Positions 51,110 through 59,260 of a DNA stretch of 64,000 nucleotides are shown in pieces. Source of the DNA: an uncultured Muribaculum sp. (lineage in GTDB: Bacteria; Bacteroidota; Bacteroidia; Bacteroidales; Muribaculaceae); the NCBI GenBank assembly GCA_964651105.1, contig CAZYXN010000001.1:179-64178 (forward strand). Direction: 5' to 3'. A program made the translations under genes and the position numbers. How positions within the stretch are numbered: position 1 is the stretch's first letter; every line of letters starts with the position of its first letter. Below the pieces are notes generated by a model. It ran no database searches and was not told where the DNA came from. It worked only from the letters and a program-made list of their open reading frames with translations.

Positions 51110-52638
51110 AGCGATTTGCCGATAAATATATGTTGATGTCATGGGGTGTCATTCTCATCTTTACCGTGACATTGTTTTATCTTTCTGCCATATTCTTTTG
51201 GTCTTCCGATTCGCCTTTTTTCGCACTGAGATTTGAGATGGACGGCAGCGATTCCTATCGTAAAATGGAAGGGGTGTGGGATCTTTTTCAGTCCCAATGC
51301 ACCCATTATATGACGTGGAGCGGTCGATTTGTCTGTCAGTCGCTTGTGCAGTTTTTTTGTGCCTTTACTGAAAGGCCGGTCTTTGAGATATGCAATATGC
51401 TGGTATGGCTGGCATTTATTTTCCTGTCATTGCGTCTTGCCGGAATAAAAGTAAAGAATACGGCATCGCTGTTTATGGTTGTATGCATGTCGTTCCTTAT
51501 ATTTATAAATATCCCGTATGACCCTCCTTTCATGATAAATTATCTTTGGATGGGGACGTTGGTTATGGCATGGCTGAATATCTTCTTTTCATCTGCCAAG
51601 AAATCGGCTGTTCAGTTGGCACTCATATTTCTATTAAGCATATTGGCGGGAAATTCTCAGGAATCGTTTTCAATACCTTTGTCGGGCGCGTTGACTGTTT
51701 GGATTATAATGCGGAGATTCCGGCTTAATAAAATGGAATGGGTCGCTGTCGCAGGATTCTTTATTGGCGCTCTGACAGTTGTTGCGGCCCCAGGTAATTA
51801 TGTGCGGCTGGGGATTGTGATGGACGAGAACGGACGTATGGGCGCGGGCATTCTGCGTAACATATTTATGGCGTTGCCGCAGATTTGCATTGCGTTGTTT
51901 TTAGGGACGGTGACTTATAAACGCATCAAAGATGCCCGGATGGCGGGGATTGCGTTGTCGACTGAAACTTTGTTGCTTTTGCTTGCCGCATTGTTTTCAA
52001 TAGTATTGGCGGCTTTATTGAAATTCGAGATTCTGGCGCGAGTCATGATTCCCATGAATATATTTCTTTCGGTTACCGCTTTCAGCGGCGGATTCAAGTT
52101 GCGGCATGAACGGTCTGTTATTGTTCTCCTTTCAATCATATGTGCGGTTACCGTCATGCTTGAATATCGTACATACGTATCCAATAATGAGAAATATTCT
52201 CTCATAACAAAGCTCTATCATGAATCAGAAAGTGGCGTTGTCGTTATTCCTGACGAGATGTTTTGCAAGGATGACGGGAGAAACGGTTACTACGATTTGG
52301 GATTTGTCATACAGGAGCGTGTCGATAACCCTGATAAACCTTTTTTGAAAAGATATCCTGAATCGCTGACAAGAATTGAAATAGGCAACGACACTAATTT
52401 TGTAATGCGTATTGCGCCGCAGGCATGGCTTATCGGGCAGTCGCTGACCTGTCCGGAATCATTTGTGATAAAAAAGAGCCTTTTTCCCGGAGCAGTCGAT
52501 TTGCCTATGTCAGACAGGATTATTGATGCTTCGTCATCGAAAGAACTCGTAATTGATACAATCAATAATACTGTAATCCGGGTGTATGTGAATAACCGGT
52601 GGTATATAGAGGCGGATGTTATGTTAAAAGTAGATTAG
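51106..52638 (+). CDS. Polytopic membrane protein, DUF6056/GT-C-like
   Basis: HYMTWSGRF, NYLW, GNSQE and AAPGN motifs; many TM segments plus a soluble C-terminal tail; start overlaps the acyltransferase stop. Confidence 0.65.
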   Translation: MKRFADKYMLMSWGVILIFTVTLFYLSAIFFWSSDSPFFALRFEMDGSDSYRKMEGVWDLFQSQCTHYMTWSGRFVCQSLVQFFCAFTERPVFEICNMLVWLAFIFLSLRLAGIKVKNTASLFMVVCMSFLIFINIPYDPPFMINYLWMGTLVMAWLNIFFSSAKKSAVQLALIFLLSILAGNSQESFSIPLSGALTVWIIMRRFRLNKMEWVAVAGFFIGALTVVAAPGNYVRLGIVMDENGRMGAGILRNIFMALPQICIALFLGTVTYKRIKDARMAGIALSTETLLLLLAALFSIVLAALLKFEILARVMIPMNIFLSVTAFSGGFKLRHERSVIVLLSIICAVTVMLEYRTYVSNNEKYSLITKLYHESESGVVVIPDEMFCKDDGRNGYYDLGFVIQERVDNPDKPFLKRYPESLTRIEIGNDTNFVMRIAPQAWLIGQSLTCPESFVIKKSLFPGAVDLPMSDRIIDASSSKELVIDTINNTVIRVYVNNRWYIEADVMLKVD

Positions 52639-53165
52639 AGCATCCTGGAGAACATATGCCAAAGCGCGATGCCTGTGCTGACCGAAACGTTGAGTGAATG
52701 TTTTGTGCCGTATTGTGGTATTTCGAGACATATATCGGCTGCGTCAACTACCTCTTGTGCAACGCCGTTGACTTCATGTCCGGCAACAATCGCATATTTT
52801 TTCCCCGGCTCCGGAATGAACTTCTCGAGAGACACGCTGTCGGCCACCTGTTCAAGGACGCAGATTGTGTAGCCGTCATCCTTTAAAGCCTTTAATGCGT
52901 CGAGGGTGTTGTCGAAGTGATGCCAGTCGACAGAGTCTTCTGCTCCAAGCGCTGTTTTATGGATTTCAGGCGACGGCGGAGTGCCGGTAACTCCGCACAA
53001 CATCACTTTTTCTACTGCGAAAGCGTCGCAGGTGCGTAATATTGCGCCCACATTGCTGAGGCTTCTTACATTGTCCAATACTGCGGCAAGAGGGAGTTTA
53101 GGCGCCTTCTTGAACTCCTCGGCGCTCATGCGGTGCAAATCCCAGATAGTTTTCTTTTTGTTCAT
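52635..53165 (-). CDS. SpoU/TrmH-family RNA methyltransferase
   Basis: LDNVRSLSNVGAILRTCDAF, GHEVNGV, IPQYGTKHSLNVSVS. Confidence 0.93.
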   Translation of the reverse strand: MNKKKTIWDLHRMSAEEFKKAPKLPLAAVLDNVRSLSNVGAILRTCDAFAVEKVMLCGVTGTPPSPEIHKTALGAEDSVDWHHFDNTLDALKALKDDGYTICVLEQVADSVSLEKFIPEPGKKYAIVAGHEVNGVAQEVVDAADICLEIPQYGTKHSLNVSVSTGIALWHMFSRML

Positions 53166-53169
53166 TTTG

Positions 53170-53177
53170 CAAATTTA
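53170..53177 (-). promoter_or_regulatory. -7 element 4 nt before the SpoU start codon
   Basis: Minus strand reads TAAATTTG-CAAA-ATG. Confidence 0.6.
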
Positions 53178-53336
53178 CGCTTTTATTATGAAATAGCATT
53201 GGCAAATGAATACGTACAAACATGGCGGAAGCGTGTCCAAAGTTACAATTTGATAGCAAAAAGATGTATAACTGGGGAACAAGGATACTAAAAAGTGAGT
53301 ATCGCTTAACGTTTTGGAGTTAAAATACGTTAAAAC

Positions 53337-53346
53337 GGGGGGGGGG
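53337..53346. repeat. G10 homopolymer upstream of the TBDT operon promoter
   Basis: AAAAC-GGGGGGGGGG-TAGC, ending 26 nt before the -7 element. Confidence 0.9.
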
Positions 53347-53372
53347 TAGCATAGATTCTTGTATTATATTTC

Positions 53373-53380
53373 TACATTTG
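53373..53380 (+). promoter_or_regulatory. -7 promoter element of the TBDT/DUF4876 operon
   Basis: TACATTTG, 43 nt upstream of ATG 53424. Confidence 0.65.
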
Positions 53381-53423
53381 CAAAATAAACACAATATAAT
53401 TATCACATATTTTTATTATCACC

Positions 53424-56276
53424 ATGCGAATATCATTATTGGCTATGTTAAGAATGATGGTAGTTCTCGTTATTATGGGAGCTGTATCATCTCTGGCGGT
53501 AGAGGCCCAGGAAGCTAATACCTTCAGCATACGCGGTACTGTTTACGAGTACACGCAACCGGGAGATTCCGTGGCTTTGGGTTTTGCCACTGTGACGATA
53601 CCGGATTATGGAATCGCTACCACAACGGCAGCCGACGGACACTATTTGTTGAAAGGTGTTCCTAAAGGGAAAGCTACGATAAAAGTTTCTTATGTAGGTA
53701 AAGTGACCATTGAAAAAGTTGTGGAGGTTTCAAAGTCGATGACTTTGAATTTTTCAATGCGTGAAGAGAACTTCAAATTGAAGGAAGTTATGGTCACCGC
53801 GCAAGCTTCACAGGCAGGTGGCGCCACCTCTTCTATCATAGGGCGTAACGCGATGGACCATATGCAGGCTACGAGTCTTGACGATGTATTGTCGCTTCTT
53901 CCCGGAGAGTTGTCGACCGAGCCTAACTTGAGCGGAAATAAGGAGGTGAACATCCGTAATATCGCTTCCGGCCCTTCTGCAATGAACGCAATGGGTTCTG
54001 CGATTATCCGAGACGGCGCTCCGATTTCAAATAATGCCAACCGTTCGGTTATAAGTCCGGGATTTAATGGTACTATGGAGAATTATAACGCAGGTGGCGG
54101 AGCCACTCCTGACGGTGGTGTCGATTTGCGTTCTATCTCTACCGACAACATTGAATCGGTGGAAGTGATTCGCGGTATTCCCTCTGTAGAGCACGGCGAT
54201 CTCACTTCAGGCGCTGTGATTATTAATTCCAAAGCAGGACGTGAACCTATACGTATCACTGCCAAGGCAAATCCTAAAGTATATATGGGTTCGGCAAGCG
54301 GCGGCTTTTTGCTTAATAAAAACCGTGGCGGTCTTAATTTCAATGTGGATTATGCTCACAATACCAATAATCCTACACAATCTTACCAGACTTATCAGAG
54401 AGCTTCGGGGCGTGTTATGTATTCCAAAGAGTTCTCGCAGAAATTGCGCACCAATACTTCGTTGAACTTTATATATGGAAAAAACAATCGCGCCCTTAAT
54501 CCTGATGATGAGAGCTATCAACGCAAGTCTCGCGGTGAAGAATACGGAATAACATTGAATACCAACGGATTGTGGAGTATTGACAAGGGTATCCTCAAAT
54601 CTCTCCGTTACGTGGTGTCTGGTACATATACATCCAAACAATCTCGTTATCAGAGTATCGTTTCGTCAAATAACACTCCTTATTCAGGAACTCTTGTCGA
54701 CGGAACGGTGGTGTCCAATACACCGGGCAAACACTTGTTTGATGCCGATGGCAATGAAATTACAAACTTTGGAGGTGTTGATGCCGATAAATTCGCTTAC
54801 TGTTTGCCTGCCAATTATCTTTCATGGAATAAGATAGATTCACGAGAAGTCAATATCTTTGCCAAACTTGTCGCTACATTGTTCAAGCAGACAGGCTATA
54901 TCAACAACCGTGTTCTTCTTGGCGCTGACTTCCGTAGTGACGGAAACGTGGGACATGGTAAATCATGGGATCCGCAGGGGCCTCCCGAACGAGAAGTCAG
55001 CCGTCCTAACGGTGTTATGCGTCCTCATGAGTTCCGTGACGATCCGTTCCTAAATCAGCTTGGCGTTTTTGCTGAGGAAAATTTCATGTGGCAGATGGGG
55101 CTTCATGAGTTGCGTTTGCAGGCCGGTGTCCGTTATGATCACGCCAATCGTGTTGGCGGTATTGTATCTCCCCGTTTCAATGGTTCGTTTGAGATTCTTC
55201 CTTCAAAATTATGGATTCGCGGCGGATATGGTGTGACTGCAAAGATGCCTACGCTTCTATATCTCTATCCGGAAAAAGTTTATTTTGAGTATGTAAATCT
55301 GAATGAACTCTCTTCTACAAAAATTCCAGAAGAAGATCGTATATACATGACGACTACCAAAATACATGATGTGGATGTGTCGCATCTGAAGATTGCCACC
55401 AACCGTAAGGCAGAAATCGGTTTTGACTTGCGTCTGGGCAGATCAACCTTCAATGTTACCGGATTTTTCGAACGTCTTAAGAACGGTTATTCTTATGTGA
55501 CCAATCTGAATACTTTCGCTCCATTCGAATGGACTGAATATAAGCGTGACGCTAATATGGGATTGATTGAAAGCGCCACTAATACAGTGCTTTCCGACTG
55601 GCGTGCTCCGGGTAATGATTTGTCATTGACAACCCGTGGTGTGGAATTTGATTTCTCTCTCGGACGTATTGAAAAAATTAATACCACATTCTCGCTAAAC
55701 GGTGCATGGATTCGTTCAAAAAGTCGTAATGGCTCATATGATTTCTACGATCCGACATCGTCTATGTCCGCTGCAAGCCGTAAAGATATCGCCATTTATG
55801 CAGGAAATGCTCTTACTCGCTATGACGAGCGGTTCGCGACAACTTTGCGTGTGACCCATAACTTGCCTAAAATCGGTTTTGTTGTCACTCTGTCGGCTCA
55901 GGCCGTATGGAAAGATGCCAATTGGGGAAAATATGGCAACGATTCTATTCCTGTAGGTTACATGTCGCTTAAGGACGGACAGCCTCATTTCTTCGAGGAT
56001 GGACAGTTCAATACCGTTGAGGAATTCCGTGACTCGGAATACAGTTATATGTATCGTGCCGCCAACCATCCTCTTGAGAAGCGTGAATCGTACAATCCTT
56101 ATTTTTGCTTCAATATGAATGTGACTAAAGAGCTTGGTGACATGATGCGTGTGTCATTCTTTGCAAACAATATGTTCCGAAGCTATCCGCGTCGTGAGTC
56201 TCACCGTAATCTTGGAACTTATGTGTTGAAAAACAATCGTTTCTATTTTGGAGTGGAACTTTCTATCACCCTTTAA
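53424..56276 (+). CDS. TonB-dependent outer-membrane transporter (non-SusC type)
   Basis: Signal peptide; carboxypeptidase-regulatory-like N-domain; LKEVMVTA TonB box; ATSLDDVLSLLPG; NIESVEVIRGIPSVEHGDLTSG plug motif; barrel strands. Confidence 0.93.
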   Translation: MRISLLAMLRMMVVLVIMGAVSSLAVEAQEANTFSIRGTVYEYTQPGDSVALGFATVTIPDYGIATTTAADGHYLLKGVPKGKATIKVSYVGKVTIEKVVEVSKSMTLNFSMREENFKLKEVMVTAQASQAGGATSSIIGRNAMDHMQATSLDDVLSLLPGELSTEPNLSGNKEVNIRNIASGPSAMNAMGSAIIRDGAPISNNANRSVISPGFNGTMENYNAGGGATPDGGVDLRSISTDNIESVEVIRGIPSVEHGDLTSGAVIINSKAGREPIRITAKANPKVYMGSASGGFLLNKNRGGLNFNVDYAHNTNNPTQSYQTYQRASGRVMYSKEFSQKLRTNTSLNFIYGKNNRALNPDDESYQRKSRGEEYGITLNTNGLWSIDKGILKSLRYVVSGTYTSKQSRYQSIVSSNNTPYSGTLVDGTVVSNTPGKHLFDADGNEITNFGGVDADKFAYCLPANYLSWNKIDSREVNIFAKLVATLFKQTGYINNRVLLGADFRSDGNVGHGKSWDPQGPPEREVSRPNGVMRPHEFRDDPFLNQLGVFAEENFMWQMGLHELRLQAGVRYDHANRVGGIVSPRFNGSFEILPSKLWIRGGYGVTAKMPTLLYLYPEKVYFEYVNLNELSSTKIPEEDRIYMTTTKIHDVDVSHLKIATNRKAEIGFDLRLGRSTFNVTGFFERLKNGYSYVTNLNTFAPFEWTEYKRDANMGLIESATNTVLSDWRAPGNDLSLTTRGVEFDFSLGRIEKINTTFSLNGAWIRSKSRNGSYDFYDPTSSMSAASRKDIAIYAGNALTRYDERFATTLRVTHNLPKIGFVVTLSAQAVWKDANWGKYGNDSIPVGYMSLKDGQPHFFEDGQFNTVEEFRDSEYSYMYRAANHPLEKRESYNPYFCFNMNVTKELGDMMRVSFFANNMFRSYPRRESHRNLGTYVLKNNRFYFGVELSITL

Positions 56277-56289
56277 TTGAAAAACAGCT

Positions 56290-57546
56290 ATGAAGAAATA
56301 TCTATATACTTTTTCTGCGGTTGTCGCCATGATGTCTCTTGCGTCCTGTGACCAGTTCAAAGAGGCTAATGACGCGGCGCCGGTAGAACCGATAAAAATC
56401 TCTCTTGACCTCAACACGGCCATTGGAGGAGGCGAAGAGGTCACTTTTGGCGACGAGATGATTGTGAAGCTTGACAATTATACTGAAGGACTTCATTATG
56501 AAAAATCATTTTCAGGATCAAAAGTTGAAATAGACGGTGTTGTGCCTGGAATTTATTCTGTTAATGTTTCCGGTACAGCGACTCTTTCTGACGGAACCGA
56601 ATACATTCTTGCCGCCAGTATGATCAACAAGCCGCTTATTGAATCGCTGAATTTCCCGTTGGAGCTTAAAGGTTCAATGAAAGGAACTTTGGTGTTTTCT
56701 GAGATATATTATTGTGGTAGCAAGCCTCCGACAGGATTCTCTTGGTTCCGTGACCAGTTCTATGAGATTGCCAACAATACCGATGAGGTCCAGTATCTTG
56801 ACGGCTTGCATTTCGCTCATACCGACCGTATTAATTCAGATCACACTATGCCTATCTGGCCGGAAAGCGACGAGGGTAAATATATCTATCTTGACCGTGT
56901 ATGGAAATTCCCGGGTTCAGGTACCGACTACCCTCTTCAACCTGGTGAATCGTGTGTAGTGGCTCAGTTTGCAGCCAATCAGAAACTTGAGATTTATAAT
57001 CCCAACTCTCCGGTGGATTTGTCGACAGCCGAATTTGAATTCTGTATGAATAATCCGAATTATCCCGACCAGCCTGCTGTAAATATGGAGCATGTGTATT
57101 ACGATGGCAGTGACGCAATGCTTCTTCCACAATACTTGACTCCGGTGTTTGGTTGCGGTTATGTGCTATTCCGTATTCCCGACGGAGAGACTTGGAATCC
57201 GGCACATGATTTGACGCTTCAGACTAAAAACGCCGCTGATTCATGGTCGGATATTTTTGCCAAGCTTCCTTTGGAATATGTCATTGATGTAGTAGAGGCT
57301 ACTCCAAATGAATCATATGTGGCAGAGAAAAATATACCTGCCGTTCTTGATGCCGGTTTCGTGACAGTGGGAGGTATCTATCTTGGCCAGGGAGTGACAC
57401 GTAAACGCGACACTAAAACTGTAGCCGCCAATGGGGCAGTTCTCTATCAGGACACCAATAATTCTTCCGAAGACTTTGAGTGTAACGTAGTTCCTGTTAT
57501 TCACCGTCATTCCGGTGTTCCCTCATGGAATCCATCTCTCCAATAA
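56290..57546 (+). CDS. DUF4876-like surface lipoprotein
   Basis: Lipobox LASC followed by DQFKE; LVFSEIYYCG, DQFYEIANN, FPGSGTDYPLQPG, QDTNNSSEDF. Confidence 0.8.
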   Translation: MKKYLYTFSAVVAMMSLASCDQFKEANDAAPVEPIKISLDLNTAIGGGEEVTFGDEMIVKLDNYTEGLHYEKSFSGSKVEIDGVVPGIYSVNVSGTATLSDGTEYILAASMINKPLIESLNFPLELKGSMKGTLVFSEIYYCGSKPPTGFSWFRDQFYEIANNTDEVQYLDGLHFAHTDRINSDHTMPIWPESDEGKYIYLDRVWKFPGSGTDYPLQPGESCVVAQFAANQKLEIYNPNSPVDLSTAEFEFCMNNPNYPDQPAVNMEHVYYDGSDAMLLPQYLTPVFGCGYVLFRIPDGETWNPAHDLTLQTKNAADSWSDIFAKLPLEYVIDVVEATPNESYVAEKNIPAVLDAGFVTVGGIYLGQGVTRKRDTKTVAANGAVLYQDTNNSSEDFECNVVPVIHRHSGVPSWNPSLQ

Positions 57547-57558
57547 TTTTAAGACAGT

Positions 57559-59211
57559 ATGAAAATGAGTAAAATTTATAACATCCGCAAAATAGGAGCG
57601 ATTGCTCTTCTATCATCATTATGCGTCCCGGTGACGATTGCGCAGGAAGCGAGAGAGCATGCCAACCACAGTCATGAGGGAGAGGCGTGCTGTGCAGATT
57701 GCAATCATTCCGCCTTGTCGCCGGAGGGATATTCTTCAGCTTCTCTTGAATTGTTGAAAGAACGTCGTCTCTGGTTCCATTCGACCAATGCTGCCGGAGC
57801 GATATTTGACAACAAGCAGAATTATTCTGAAGTCAAAATCGGCTATGACCGTGAATCTGGCAACTATCACCGTCCGCAACAGGGTCAGCTGGTTATTAAT
57901 GCCGGTGTAGACTGCGAGGGCTTCATGAATCTTGGAAATGCCTTGGTATGGGGCGAATTCTCATTTAAGCAGCGCAATATAGACAAGGCCGGGTTCAATG
58001 CGTCAATATCCGATCCATATCGCGGGATGCCGTTTTTTATCGCTGACGAGCATCTTAGCGATTGGCGCAATCAGTATTATAATATGAAATTCCGTGCCTC
58101 TACACCTCTTTATTGGGGCAAAGTGGCTTTCGGTGTTGAAGGAAATTATCGTGCCGATCTTGCTGCAAAGCAGCTTGACCCGCGTGTCGACACCCGTTAT
58201 TTTGAGCTTGGGGTGAATCCGAGTGTGGCCTATTCAATTGACCGCCATAATTCTATCGGAGCCGTATTCGAATATACCGCGCTTAAGGAGGATTCTCGAA
58301 TGGAAAGTGTAAACATGTCTGACCCTCAGAATGTTTACTGGCTTAACGGTCTTGGGACGGCTATAAAGGAGATTGTGGCTTATGATCTGCCGCGTACCGA
58401 TTATCACGGTCATATCTTGGGGGGCGGTCTGCAATATAATTTCCGTAAAGGCGGTTTCAATCTGCTCGCGACTGTCGATTTTACACGCCATATCGAGAAT
58501 ATGGATAAGAATCCGCAAGTTCCCGAAAAGAAGTCGTCAGTGAGAAATGATTTGTGGAAATATTCCGTTCTGTTCCGTTATCATGGAAAAAGTTGGAGCC
58601 ATCATTTCAATTTTGAAGGAATAGAACGCAATAACCATGGTATTCAATATATCAATGAATTCAACAACAGCGAGAACAATCCTGGTTGGAAAGTGCTGGA
58701 TCACAGTGTCCGTTCCACATATAAAACTACGGCTTTCAATGTAGACTATTCACTTATCCGCAACCGTGCCGACGAATATGCATGGCGTGTTGATGCCGGA
58801 ATCTCTTACCAGTATCAACGTGACGAGTATCTTTTGCCTGATGCCCATAAATCGTATAAGAATATTTACAGTCATCTGACGGCTAAGTATAATGCTGCTC
58901 TTGGCGCCAAGTACAACCGCCGTCTTCTGATTGCCGCCAATGGAGGGTTCAATCACAATATCGATGGCAAGTATACTTACAACGCTTCTAATCCCGATTT
59001 TCCTACAGTGACTCAGCTTGAGACCGGCGAAATCCAATATTTCTCTTCCGATTTCTGGAATCTTGGCGCTTCGGTGTCATATTCACAGCAGATAAAGGAA
59101 TCGAACAGAATGAATGCTTATGCGCGCGCTGAATTCAATTATGTGAAGACCCACAGCTATGATTTCAACAATCGTCGCTACATGGCGTTTGCCATCGGTG
59201 TGACATTCTGA
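57559..59211 (+). CDS. DUF6850-like outer-membrane beta-barrel protein
   Basis: Signal peptide; amphipathic strands; NAxG, DPYRGMPF and DPR motifs; C-terminal Phe (IGVTF). Confidence 0.75.
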   Translation: MKMSKIYNIRKIGAIALLSSLCVPVTIAQEAREHANHSHEGEACCADCNHSALSPEGYSSASLELLKERRLWFHSTNAAGAIFDNKQNYSEVKIGYDRESGNYHRPQQGQLVINAGVDCEGFMNLGNALVWGEFSFKQRNIDKAGFNASISDPYRGMPFFIADEHLSDWRNQYYNMKFRASTPLYWGKVAFGVEGNYRADLAAKQLDPRVDTRYFELGVNPSVAYSIDRHNSIGAVFEYTALKEDSRMESVNMSDPQNVYWLNGLGTAIKEIVAYDLPRTDYHGHILGGGLQYNFRKGGFNLLATVDFTRHIENMDKNPQVPEKKSSVRNDLWKYSVLFRYHGKSWSHHFNFEGIERNNHGIQYINEFNNSENNPGWKVLDHSVRSTYKTTAFNVDYSLIRNRADEYAWRVDAGISYQYQRDEYLLPDAHKSYKNIYSHLTAKYNAALGAKYNRRLLIAANGGFNHNIDGKYTYNASNPDFPTVTQLETGEIQYFSSDFWNLGASVSYSQQIKESNRMNAYARAEFNYVKTHSYDFNNRRYMAFAIGVTF

Positions 59212-59260
59212 TGTCTCGACTAAGTAAAGAGTATACATAAATAACTTTAACAAAAACAAT

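Noticed and set aside
53166-53423. Cobalamin or TPP riboswitch upstream of the TonB-dependent transporter
   Set aside because: Only an isolated GGGAA is present, without the other conserved elements, and the -7 element leaves a UTR of about 40 nt.
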